Source: Octopus vulgaris
Lineage: Eukaryota
DNA length: 64,000 nucleotides
Direction: 5' to 3'
Assembly: GCA_951406725.2 (NCBI GenBank)
Contig: OX597818.1
Span: forward strand, 100,378,001 to 100,442,000
Part shown: positions 41,631 to 53,919 of the stretch, piece by piece
How the letters are laid out: every line of letters begins with the position of its first letter
Position numbering within the stretch: the first letter of the stretch is position 1
Program-made: the position numbers and the translations under genes
The notes under the pieces: generated by a model
The model's database searches: none
Told to the model about the DNA's origin: nothing
What the model saw: the letters and a program-made list of their open reading frames with translations, nothing else

Positions 41631-42360
41631 TTATTTGTCGACTCGGAACTTATTGCAAAGCTGCATATTCAGCAACACTTTTTGTCTTCCATTCGGTGTC
41701 CGTACAAATTGCTTACTTCCATTCCCTACCCTTGTACAACCAACACATAGATGGCCGTAGGCAATAATAAACTTACCTTTTAAAAGTTCAACGATAATTC
41801 TTCTGCCGCCACTTAATTTAAAGACAATTTGACGTAAGTAGAGCATTACTATTCGTACAAACAATTATTTGTAGCTGCTAATACGTAGTTTGAAGGGAAA
41901 TTACACCATTGTCGCTAAACACAATTTTAAAGTGCCACTTTTTTGGTTTGGAATTACTCTAAACGTATTTAAACACAAAGATGTTTGAAATTTAGTATTT
42001 TTTAGTAATTTTTTAAAGGTAATAATAAAATTAGTCGAATCTATTTCCATGCAGTCAGAGTGAGCTATGTTTCCATAGCTTCGACGGCTGATGGTGTGAA
42101 AATAGGTCCGACAAATTTCATTAATATCTGAAAAAGTACACAATTTTCAACATTATTATGGTAGAGAGTTATGAGAGGTAATATTGTATGATAGAGTGAG
42201 TTCAATACGTATTTCAGTTCCGAACGTTATGAAGCACGTGTTATGGTTAAATTACTTGATACAGTTAGAGGTGTCATTGAATAGTGAGAGAGGTGGTCAG
42301 AGGGGCAAAGTTGAAAACGTGTGACACACTGACACACTGACATTCGCTTTCGCATATTAT
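41631..42360 (-). mobile_element. Helitron derivative with a Pif1-like helicase C-terminal remnant
   Basis: YGHLCVGCTRVGNGSKQFVRTPNGRQK resembles the Helitron helicase motif HGQLYVACSRV...LFVxxPxGxTKN; outer limits uncertain. Confidence 0.6.
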
Positions 42361-42415
42361 ATATATATATATATATATAAATTCATAAATTAAAACTGAA
42401 TAGAAGATCGGAAAT

Positions 42416-42459
42416 CCACCTGACGAATGTCATTTGAAGACACGAAACAATTGTAGTGG
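42416..42459 (+). ncRNA. Minimal type I hammerhead motif in a short insert between (TA)n tracts
   Basis: ccac-CTGACGA-a-tgtc(atttgaa)gaca-c-GAAAC-aatt-GTA-gtgg; palindromic stem III ACAATTGT. Confidence 0.75.
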
Positions 42460-42545
42460 CGATTTAGTTACTTTATGTTAATATTTTTTATGTATTGATT
42501 AAGTCTTTCCTTGTTTGATTTGCAAAATAGTGGTTTTGTCTCGAA

Positions 42546-42620
<75 letters not shown>

Positions 42621-42844
42621 CGTATAAATATACATAAAATGGATATCGTTTCTGTGATGGCGGTGCTATCATATGCGGCATAGCGGCAGCAGGTGACTGT
42701 AGAACCTTCCCAAGTTGAAATAGCGAGTGCTGGATAAAGAACCTGTGTAGAAGACCTGCCAAAAGGCAGAGCACCACTAGAAATGCAGAGACCATTTGTT
42801 ATGGCAAAATCTCTAGATAACGGACTGTGATCACTGAATAACCA

Positions 42845-43170
42845 AGAGTTTGCTTCCCAACCACCTGGTTAAGGATTCAATCACATTGCGTGGTACCCTG
42901 CACAATATTGTGAGTGGATTTGGTAGACGGAAACTGAAAGAATCACGTCGAATACAACATATACGTGTATATATATTTTTGTGTGTGCCAAAACGGTGTT
43001 TGCGTGTTTACGTCCTCTGTAACTTACCGGATCGGCAAAAGAGACGGACAGGATAAGTACTAGGCTTTACAAACAATTTGTCGATTTGTTTGAGTAAAGC
43101 CCTCAAGGCAGTGATCCAGCATGACTACAGCCAAATGACTGAAACATGTAAAAGAAGAAAAGAAGAAAAG
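42845..43170 (+). mobile_element. Diverged SINE family B
   Basis: gtgagtggatttggtagacggaaactgaaagaa...ccagcatgactacagccaaatgactgaaac. Confidence 0.8.
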
Positions 43171-43239
43171 AGTGTGTATACAAACATACATACATATATG
43201 CATGCATAAATACATACATCATACACACATACATATATG

Positions 43240-43277
<38 letters not shown>

Positions 43278-43284
43278 CATACTC

Positions 43285-43680
43285 TCTGTTTACTTGTTCC
43301 AGTCATTTGACTGCAGTAATGCTGGACCACCGCCTTTATAATCGAGCAAATCGACACCAGGGCTTATTCTTTGTAAGCCAAATACTTATCTTATCGGTGT
43401 CTTTGGCCGAACCGCAAGATACGGGGACGTAAACACACCACCATCGATTGTCAAGTGATGCTGGGGTGGATGCAAACAGACACACAAACACACACACACA
43501 AACATATATATATATATATACATATATACGACGGGGCTTCTTCCAGTTTCCGTCTACCAAATCCACTTTGGTCGGCCCGAGGCTATAGTAGAATACACTT
43601 GCCCAAAGTGTCACGCAGTGGGATTGAAACCGGGACCATGTGGTTGATAAGCAAGCTACTTACCACACAGCCACTCCTGC
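43285..43680 (-). mobile_element. Full-length SINE family B
   Basis: Reverse complement of 31040-31452. Confidence 0.88.
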
Positions 43681-44951
43681 AATAAAATAACAAAGCGGAG
43701 GTAATTTGATATTCGTAGCACATTTACAAATGTCCTTGGAATGTCAAATTGCTTGGCCCGTTTATCATATTTCATTTAACATATACACGCTCACACACGA
43801 CCTGCCTTAGACTCCTCACTAATGTGAAAACAACTTTCATGCTCAGCAAATGACATTTTATATCACCATGCAAAACGACAATAGGGAAACCCTTGCATAT
43901 TCCCTTTCTCTTCAAACACACTTGTTTTCCATAACATCCAACATATCATTATGACATTCAAGCTAACCATCTGGAAATAGAAAATAACCTGTTGGCAATG
44001 CTTTTATTGAATAATTTATAATGTATTTATCCTGTGCAGGGACTCAGTTACCACTAACAAACGCAGGGTACTCATTTCATTACAGAGAAGAAAATTGCAT
44101 TGCATGATGTCAGATTCTTATCAGAAGGGACTCACGTAAACAATTTCATGTTATTTTCTCGCTGTGCCCGTGACAATTGTGACAACTCTATCAAAAATAT
44201 ATGTATATCAATTTCAGTTAATGGCTTGTGGAATATCATAATTTGTTGTATCGTGCTCATCGCATTAGACAAATATTCTGCATACTGCTGTATACACAGT
44301 ATTTGCCATCTCTTCCCAAAGATTCAGTAGCGACAATATATGAAATTGTTTATGTGCTGATTGATCAAATATATTTTTACGAAGGAGAATGCTGAACTTT
44401 CATTGAATTTTGAAGAAACAGAAGTAGTCTTATTTAGGTGTTGTAAAAATTTGCATCAAATTCAAGATAGCAAAATGCACAGTTAAAATTCCAAAAGATA
44501 CTCCTGGAGCTATTGTCTTCCTCAGTATTTACATGAAACAAGATGTCGGTCATTGAACGATGACGGAGAGCAGCTCAGTAGCGCAATCAGTCATTGAACG
44601 ATAACGGGAATATCATTACTTCAAATAATGTTTAAAGGTCATTAGGTTAGGGCTGAGGAGGACGAAATCACACTTCACAATTCTGTTAGAAGCTAACAGG
44701 TTCAATTATGAACCTCAAAGAAGTACCATGAAGACAGGGTCTGTAGATCTAGTCAAAGCTATTGTTCATAATAATATTATATCAATAGGGCAGAGTATCA
44801 AATCCAGCATGATGTTGTTTTCTTGCTTCAACATATCTTTAATTAATCAGCTATTACTTGTCATGTTTTCTCATCGCACAAGGTTTCTTTTACCAAGTTT
44901 TTCTTCATGCACTGCCTGCTGCATTTCGTTCGTAGAATTTCATTGAATTTG

Positions 44952-45479
44952 AAGGCGTCGAGCTGGCAGAAACGTTAGCGCGCTGGGCAAAATTCTTAGT
45001 GGCATTTCGTCTGCCGCTACGTTCTGAGTTCAAATTCCGCCGAGGTTCACTTTGTCTTTCGGGATCGATTAAATAAGTACCACTTACGCACTGGAATCGA
45101 TATAATCGACTTAATCCGTTTGACTGTCCTTGTTTGCCCTCTCTGTATTTAGCCCCTTGTGGGTAGTAAAGAAATAGGTATTTCGTCTGCCGTTACGTTT
45201 TGAGTTCAAATTAAATAAGTACCAGTTACGCACTAGGGTAGATATAATCGACTTAATCTGTTTGACTGTCCTTGTTTGTCCTCTCCGTGTTTAGCCCCTT
45301 GTGTGTATTAAAAAAATAGGTATTTCGTCAGCCGCTAAGTTCTGTGTACAAATTCCGCCGAGGTCGACTTTGCCTTTCATTCTTTCGGGGTCGATTAAAT
45401 AAGTACCAGTTACGCTCTGGGGTCGATATAATCCGTTTGTCTGTCCTTGTTTGTCCCCTCTGTGGGCAGTAAAGAAATA
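44952..45479 (+). mobile_element. SINE family A with one head and three tandem body units, inside an 18-bp TSD
   Basis: Flanks agaatttcattgaatttg (44934-44951) and agaatttcactgaatttg (45480-45497); the junction aaatag|gtatttcgtc occurs twice. Confidence 0.88.
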
Positions 45480-46019
45480 AGAATTTCACTGAATTTGTCT
45501 CTTCCAATATTGTCACTAATAATCTGCTCACATGTACTCTGTTTCTATCTGATGGTAATTCCTCTGCTATCGCGGGTACCCGGTGGGTTCATATTCATAA
45601 TGCTCTTTCATGGACTTTCTCAGATATTATCTTTTTACTTTTCTGGTATTCTTAACCAATATCGGATCAATCATTATCTTGTTAGTTCATGCACCATATT
45701 GAAGACGGTTTAAATGTGTAGGAAAATTATAGCTTGTAAAAGAAGCATTTCGCTACCCTAATGAAGGAAATAAAAACAACCGATGGATACAAGATCCTTA
45801 AATCATTTGCAATAAATAATCATGGATTTGAACAATATTTAAATATATCAAATCGATTTGTCCCAGAAGGCGTTTGTAATTTTTCTGTTATTTATTTTTA
45901 GAATGGGGAAAGTATTTTATTTTACGTTCCTCTTTGAAGTGGAACATTTTTATTGAAAATATATCGTGACAAGAAGAATAATGGTGGTGTAAATCTTTCC
46001 TAATCCTATTTTGTAGCTT

Positions 46020-46085
46020 TTTCTTATTTATGTCTGTTTTTTCACCTTCTTTTTCATTCATTATGACTAACTCATTCTCTATCCC

Positions 46086-46120
<35 letters not shown>

Positions 46121-47000
46121 AGGCTGTGCTTGTGTTTAACACCATCACTCCATTCACAATTTTATATTTTCCACTCTTTTTTTTTTTATATCTGTTCGAT
46201 TCCTTTCTATCCCTTTATTTTCTTTCCATTCACACCCACACTCCGTTTTCAACATTTCCTTCATTCTAATTCAAACATTTTCTCTTTCCTTCTTTTCCTC
46301 TTTCCAGCTGTCATCTCTCTGTTTATCATGACAAACTTTCCATTTATAAGTCGTAATCCTTCTTTCCATTTGATCATCATCGTCAATTTGTACTCCTCTT
46401 TTTGTTTTCATTTCCCACCCCTAACATCACTTTCAACTCATTTAATGTATTTCTTTCTCTATTCACCACTTCTCTCTCTGTCTCTCTCTCTCTTTCCTAT
46501 CGCTTTTCCCTCTACTACCCTTATCGCTTTCTTTCAACTTTTACACTCTCCTTTCCGTCATTCTATTTACTTTCTCCTTATTTTTATTCATATCTCTCAG
46601 TGATACATCTTTGCCTCCATGTTTTTAATTCGCTACACTTTTCTTCCATGTTTCTTTCTTTCTAGTTCATCAAACTCCTGTTCTCTTTTTCATTGTTAAA
46701 TCTTCACCTTTTTTTTTCTTTTCTTCCTTTCTATCTCTTCCTTATTCTTTGCTTTCCTCTAGTTTTCTTTTTTTCCCCTATGAACTATACTCATTTTCAT
46801 TTTTCTCCATCTGTCTCCGTTCTCACTCTGTTTCTCTACTTTCACATCAACTTCCTTTTCCTCTTTACTTCAGTAACATTGCTCACATTAATTTTCTGTT
46901 TTTCCTTTCACTTTTTTCTTTATTTTCCATTCCTTGATTTCCATTCCTGCTCCCTCTCTCTCTATATCTCCCCTTTACTCTCGTTTCTCTCTATCTTCTA
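46020..47000. repeat. Pyrimidine-rich low-complexity tract
   Basis: About 1 kb dominated by C and T on the plus strand. Confidence 0.85.
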
Positions 47001-47044
47001 AGTTTTGTGTATCTCAGCCATGCTTATCTCTTTCAGACTTACTG

Positions 47045-47865
47045 CATACATACATACATACATACATACATACATACATACATACATACATACATACATG
47101 CATACATACATACATACATACATACATGCATACATGCATACATACATACGTACTTACATAAATGCATACATGTATGCATACATACTTACATAAATGCATA
47201 CATGTATGCATACAGACTTACATAAATGCATACATGTATGCATACATATACACACACATACATACGTACGTACATGTATACATATATACGCACATACATA
47301 AACACACACATATATATATATATATATAAACACACATAGATACAAACATACATACACACATACATACGTTCATACAAACACACATACCTACGTACATACA
47401 TACACATATACGTAAATACATACATACGTAAATACATATATACATACACACATACATATACAGTCTCATACTTCCATACACACATACATACATGTGTACG
47501 TACCTACATACATACATAATCACATTCATAAATATGCACACTCATACATACACACATGCATACATACGTAAATATAGAGACAGATAGGTACAAACGCACA
47601 GACATACACACATATATAAACACACATACATACACACATACATAGATAGATACGTGCATATAGAGATAGATAGATACATACATACGCACAGAAACACACA
47701 TATATAAACACACATACATAGATATATACACATATTCATACATAAAGAGATTGACAGACTGATAGAGAGATAAACAGATAGCTAGCTAGCTAGATAGATA
47801 GATGAATTAATAGCGAGATAAATAGATAGATAATTAGATAGGTAGGTAGACAGGTAGTTAGATCA

Positions 47866-47909
<44 letters not shown>

Positions 47910-47910
47910 G
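47045..47910. repeat. (CATA)n to (TAGA)n compound microsatellite
   Basis: Direct reading. Confidence 0.9.
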
Positions 47911-48676
47911 AAGGGATGTCTTGGTGTTTTTTACTCTGTCTTAGTCACCTATTTCTCTCTATCAGGTTCTTAACCTGATTAACACCGTCTACATTACTTA
48001 GCTATTTCTGCCTACTCTTCTATATTCTCTCCACCGCCACACAGTAATCCCCCCCCCCCATCACTCGCATTCACAAGTACACACGTGCGAGCTCAGCATA
48101 TATAATATATTTTTCACTTTTTCTACTATTTGCTCTCTCGCTAATTTCATTCTCATCTGTCGCTTTCACTTCGTATATTTATTATGTTAGAGGCTTCAAT
48201 CAAGCTAGGATCATAACGAAGCACTGCCTTCAGTGGTATAGTATGGACGCGAGAAAACTTCGGCCTTTTAAAAGAGGAACCATGCTTGTGGGAAACATTG
48301 TTATGTATTAATATATATTTGTCGTTGGATTAATTTTATTTAAAGACCTTTTTATTTTACTAATTGCGAATTAAAGGAGCACCTATATATATTTCTTTAA
48401 CTACTCTTGTAATTACTTGTTTACACTTAATTACATTTCTGTATTAAACGTTACAAGCGTCAAAAAGTTTCGAAAATTAAACAAAATAAAATTCCTATTG
48501 CGAATATCTACCAATTTCTATTGGGAAAAATATATGTGTCAATACATTTTAAAAAATATTTCGTTTATCAACATATATATATAGTTAATCAAAACATGAA
48601 AACACAAAGAGAAAACACAACAACGCGAGGACGTGGAACAAGTATAGTGTTATTGGACGCTCAGGAAAGAAGGAGG

Positions 48677-48711
48677 GTTTAATGTTTTGAGCGGAGCTCT
48701 TCGTCAGAAAC
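48677..48711 (-). ncRNA. Decayed minimal hammerhead motif in a repeat (about 48585-48770)
   Basis: gttt-CTGACGA-a-gagc(tcc)gctc-AAAAC-ATT-aaac; the two G-to-A changes follow C residues (CpG-type decay). Confidence 0.55.
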
Positions 48712-48802
48712 ATAGGGAAAGGAAAGATCCAAAGAAGGGAAGACAGAGGAAAAAATCGCCAACGGTACACACACGGTCACACACACACACACACACACGC
48801 AT

Positions 48803-48892
<90 letters not shown>

Positions 48893-48969
48893 TTGCATAC
48901 ATACACCTCTAAGATTGAAACCAAGGAACAGGCCCTTATGAGTTGGTATGACACGAGAAGGTAACTTCA

Positions 48970-49200
48970 CCTTCAGGAGGCTCGTGGTTCAGTGGTTAGG
49001 GTGTTGGACTCATGATCGTATGAGAGTGGTTTCGATTCTTGGACCGGGAGACGCGCTGCGTTCTTGAGCAAAACACTTCATTTCACGTTACTCCAGTCCA
49101 CTCATGTGGCAAAAATGAATACTCCCGCGAAGGATCGACATACCGTTCAGCGGGAGAGGGGGAATATATATGCCATGGAACCAGCTCTTATGAGTCTGTA
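48970..49200 (+). mobile_element. SINE family C relative
   Basis: ggaggctcgtggttcagtggttagggtg...ttcttgagcaaaacacttcatttcacgttactccagtccactca. Confidence 0.7.
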
Positions 49201-49545
49201 TGACGGGAGAAGGTAACTTTATGGTTTTTACATGTCTAAGATCTTCCTGTACTGTAATAACAACGGTCACCGAAACTTCTTCAAACATGCCGATTATTTG
49301 TTTTCCTTTTCGCTCTACACGGCCTCAGCTCCTTCCTTATGATGTCGTACCAGCACGATCTACGTTAATTTTTTCTTGGTATTCCATTTAGTCTTTTTCC
49401 TCATTCTGCCGTCCATTGCATCTGCATTCCTTCATCACGGTAGCACGTCTCTTCTACGGTAACCAAAGCTTAGAGTCAGTAAACCATTTCCGTCGCATAG
49501 TCAGTATGTTCTATGGCTGCTTTTCTCATCACCTTTCCATTTCTC

Positions 49546-49626
49546 AATCTGTATCGGCATCAAAGCACATGATTGAACGTAAGCAGGGCCCATGGAAAAT
49601 GTCCATCACACTCGAGATCTTCGCTG

Positions 49627-49679
<53 letters not shown>

Positions 49680-49855
49680 ATATATATGCATATATGTGTG
49701 TATGCATGTATATCTATACTTATTTGTGTATGTATGTTTGAATGTATTCATACACATGAGAGCCTGTAAGGAGACAGCGAAAATCTCGAGTGTGTTGGAC
49801 ATTTTCCATGGGCCCTGCTTACGTTCAATCATGTGCTTTGATCCCGATACAGATT
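49546..49855. repeat. 85-bp inverted repeat (3 mismatches) around a microsatellite-rich spacer
   Basis: 49546-49630 versus 49771-49855, compared base by base. Confidence 0.92.
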
Positions 49856-50227
49856 ATATATATATATATATATAATCCTTTTATCATTAATTACTAAATC
49901 TTAGGGTAGCAACACAATTTTAGAAAAATTCTCCGTTACCAATGGTCTAGCGAGAAGGAAAAAATAGTCAATAAACTATATAATATACATGTAAACACAT
50001 AAGTGATTTTGGGTTTAACTGCTCTTTCTAGTGAGTCTGATGTCCTATTGTGGTCGTCTCTTATGTGTTTAAATATATATATATATGTATATATGAATAC
50101 ATACATACATACGTATTATCTCCGTTACTTCCTAGCAAACTAACACACCTGCTTGTTTATACACCTGTGTTGGTTTGTTTGTTTTTCTGGAAAATTTAAA
50201 TATATATATATATACATGTAGATATAT

Positions 50228-50350
50228 TGGCCTGCTCGCTTAGCCAACGGGGTGGTGTCATTTGAAGGCTAAAACAATGTGAAGCGCATTGTGACCAGCG
50301 ATGTGTAGCAACATCTGATAGCCTGGTTAGTCACGGTGATCACGGTGACA
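50228..50350 (+). mobile_element. 3' half of SINE family D
   Basis: gcctgctcgcttagcca...gatgtgtagcaacatctgatag, matching the reverse of 16305-16415. Confidence 0.75.
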
Positions 50351-50484
50351 TTTATATATACATATATATATATAATGAATCCGAAAGAGGGCAGCACTCG
50401 GGAGATATGGTGTTTTTACATCTTTTACTATATGAGAGAATCCTTTCTCTACGGTAACCAATATAAATTTCACACACACAAACA

Positions 50485-50521
<37 letters not shown>

Positions 50522-51544
50522 TCAAACTTGAGCGTCTATGTGTATGTAGTTATGTACACTTTAATTTGAACTCACTCAGAAGTAACTTCACTTCAATATG
50601 AAGTACCTTTCAGAAAAAAACAAAAAAATGTTACTCGTATTCTAAAATAGTCGACTAATTGACGCCAGACGTTGAACTATGGAAGGCAAACACGACTTGT
50701 TCAGTCTATAAAATCATGACGTAAAGAGAGACAACCAAATGTCTAATGCATTTTCTGCTCGGCCCTTCCAATTTAGCTATTTCCCATAGAATATTAAATT
50801 CACTACCCACCTTTTTTTTTTTTTTCCTCTTTTCTCACTTTTAATCTCTCTTTATATTTCTTTTTTTGTGCCCTAAGATACTCTTTGTTTTATTTCAACT
50901 TCATTACCGCAAATGAATTTTATTTTCGATGTGTTTCTCTACTCAGCACTCTGTATTTCCTTTCCTGTTTCTGCATTATTTTACTAAAAATATATTTTGT
51001 TTATCTTTTTATGCATTTTCTTCTTTAAAAACAAAAACTCTTGCGTTTAACTCATTTTCATCCTTTACTCTTATCAAATACCTGTTTCTTTACATTTTAG
51101 CATTGTCGAGCCAATATATTTTATATTGTTTAGAGAGAAACAAGTATCATTTATTACTGTTACTCATCGGTCTAATGGTAACTATGTTTGTCTAAAGTGA
51201 ACTTGAATATCTTTAGGGTGATGTAAGCAGAAAAAACATATGTCTGTTATAAAAATATACTCTAGAAATTGACAGCATGAAAATGAGCGAAACACAATTG
51301 ATGTTGTTTCGCATTAATACAACACGCTGACCATTTCAAATATTCACATGGTAGATTTACAGTACAAAATAAAATCGTTTGTAGTTTTTCATTATACGCG
51401 TAGAATTACACAGATAGACCCTTGAAGTACGTAGAGTAGCTAAGAACATTAACCGCTGTTAATGATGTAGATTCGAAAGATATGCGGCTGAACAGACCAA
51501 TTCTGGAGATGTTGAATACGGAATCATTTCAACAGCGAGCTTAC

Positions 51545-51701
51545 ATAAGTTATGGCACGACATCTTAGCGATTATCAAGGCATAACTAATGTATACATAA
51601 CTGCTATAATGAGAAAAAATGCAGATGATAACTACATAGACAAAAATAATCAAACTGACGATGCAGGTAACCGCTGTGGATTTCAACGCAGAATGGAAAA
51701 C
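51545..51701 (-). CDS. Candidate 157-nt exon encoding hydrophobic segments
   Basis: Acceptor atatccag|, frame VFHSALKSTAVTCIVSLIIFVYVVIICIFSHYSSYVYISYALIIAKMSCHNL, donor |gtaagc. Confidence 0.35.
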
Positions 51702-51997
51702 CTGGATATATTGATTATATAAATACAGTGTGGGGAAATGTTTTATAAATACAAGATCTGTAGATGTTAGCTTGGCTAATCAGATGTCACACAAGTTTTA
51801 TTAGTAGTTGTTGGTTATAAATTTAGAGGTTTTAGAAATCGACTAAAGCGTCTAATGAAGGACTTGTCAAAGTGATATTCAAATACAGATGCAGCATCGG
51901 CAAAATGCCGTTGGACAATAATTTGCATATACATACATTTTCTCGAAGACACATACAGACACACGTACGCACACACTCACGTGTGCGTTCCCTCACG

Positions 51998-52052
<55 letters not shown>

Positions 52053-52251
52053 TTATTTCTCAATAAATTCAGGCATGCATGTATGTATGTATATATGTAT
52101 GTATATATATACGTATATATGTAGGTTATAAGAGGTAATGGTGTCATTGAGACCCAAAGGTGTCAGGTAATGCTGAATAAGTGCTATAGGCAGACCATAG
52201 TTAAGTTCCAGGTTCGGAAATTTTGCGAATATGGTCATATATCAGCGTGTG

Positions 52252-52535
52252 TATATAAGAATATTTTGCGTTATGAGATAAAAAAAAAACCAATGCTTTG
52301 TAGATATTAGAACATTTATAGATAGAAGGTCTTACAGCTGTTTCCAGGATATTTATTGATTATATCCCTTCATCGGAGACGGTATTAGCGGATGGTTAAG
52401 ATGAAGGGATATAATAAATGAAGGGATATAATTAATAAATATCCTGGAGACAGCTGTAAGATATTCTATCTATAAATGTTCTAATATCTACACAGCCTTG
52501 TTTTTTTATCTCATTAGGCAAAAAATTCTTATATA
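52252..52535. mobile_element. Fold-back element with arms of about 125 bp containing a hammerhead motif
   Basis: 52252-52374 is the inverse of 52400-52535. The minus strand at 52329-52380 reads gtct-CCGATGA-a-gggatat...atatcct-g-GAAAC-agct-GTA-agac. Confidence 0.85.
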
Positions 52536-52689
52536 GGTATGTATGTATGTATGTATGTATGCATCTGTGTGTTTGTGTGTATGTGCGTGTGTATGTATGC
52601 ATGCATAGCATAGAGACATGGTCAAAATTAATAAGTAATGAGTGCAGATGTCTAGTCGTTATGTCCGTTTGTCAGACTATACTGGCAGA

Positions 52690-52905
52690 CGTGGATTAGG
52701 TAACAAAGAAGATTGAACAGCTTCTAAGCAAAAAGGAGTAGTGCCTATATTTCAAAGGGATAGCCTTGTGGCATTCTGTGTGACACTTAATTTCCCTGAG
52801 AACTACGATATATGTGTTTCTAGAGTGCTCAGTCACTTGCACATTAAATATGACGAGCAGGACTTTCTGTTGATCGGAACAACTGAAACCTCGTCGTCGT
52901 AACTG
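52690..52905 (+). mobile_element. Diverged SINE family C (3' part)
   Basis: gtgctcagtcacttgcacattaa...cgagcagg...cctcgtcgtcgtaac. Confidence 0.6.
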
Positions 52906-53159
52906 TTTGTTTTTTATGCTTTAGATTCTACACTGTGGAAATGGCTCTAAAAATAAAGGAGAGCATTAAACTGGAAACATCTCACAGAAGATGTGACGCA
53001 ATGTCGATCACACCCGCTTCAGGTATCAGCTGTTTTTTATTTTACCGATACACAAAAGATGAAAAACAAAATAGATCTTGAAGGAATGTGAATGTAAACA
53101 CAAATCATAAAAACTTGGAGGAAATACCACGTCGTATTTCGACCGACGTGCTAACGTTT

Positions 53160-53579
53160 CTTTCTTCTTTATTTCCCACAAGGGGCTAAATATAGAGGGG
53201 ACAAACTAGGACAAACAAAGGGATTAAGTCTATTACATCGACCCCAGTGCGTAACTGGTACTTATTTTATCTACCCCGAAAGGATGAAAGGCAAAATCGA
53301 CCTCGGAGGAATTTGAACTCAGATCGTAACGGCAGACGAAATACCTATTTCTTTACTACCCACAAGGGGCTAAACACAGAGAGGACAAACAAGGGCAGAC
53401 AAACGGATTAAGTCGATTATATCGATCCCAGTGCGTAACTGGTACTTAATTTATCGACCCCGAAAGGATGAAAGGCAAAGTCGGCTTCGGCGGAATTTGA
53501 ACTCAGAACGTAGCGTCAGACAAAATACCGCTGGGCATTTCGCCCGGCGTTCTAACGTTTCTGCCAACTCGCCGCCTTA
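53160..53579 (-). mobile_element. SINE family A with two tandem body units, abutting an older family A copy (about 53010-53160)
   Basis: Junction gacgaaatac|ctatttcttt is the reverse complement of the junction at about 45178. Confidence 0.85.
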
Positions 53580-53670
53580 ACAGGCTAACCATTCTGCTAA
53601 CACAACACCTTTCCCAACAGAAAGAATGGTTTCAGACTTAAAGACAAATACTTATTTAGAGGGAATGATT

Positions 53671-53919
53671 CAAAGGCGACGGAGTTATGAGTTTAAACAA
53701 AGGTGAGAGTCATGAGTTTAAACAAAGGTGAGAGAGTCATGAGTCTAAACAAAGGCGACAGACATGGGTTTAAACAAAGGTGAGAGAGTCATGAGTTTAA
53801 ACAAAGGTGACAGAGTCGAGAGTTTAATCAAAGGTGAGAGGGTCATCACTTTAAACAAAGGTAACAGAGTCATGAGTCTAAACAAAAGCGACAGAGTCAT
53901 GAGTTTAAACAAAGGCGAC
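53671..53919. repeat. Minisatellite, about 9 copies of a 24-27-bp unit (gtcatgagtttaaacaaaggtgagaga)
   Basis: Direct reading. Confidence 0.92.

Noticed and set aside
41778-41864. Minus-strand host exon ending at aag|gtaagt
   Set aside because: The reading frame continues into Helitron helicase-like motifs, so a transposon origin is more likely
46030-47001. Phe/Ser/Leu-rich membrane-like ORFs
   Set aside because: Product of the pyrimidine-rich low-complexity tract
53671-53919. CRISPR-like array
   Set aside because: Head-to-tail units with no unique spacers, in a eukaryotic context with no cas genes
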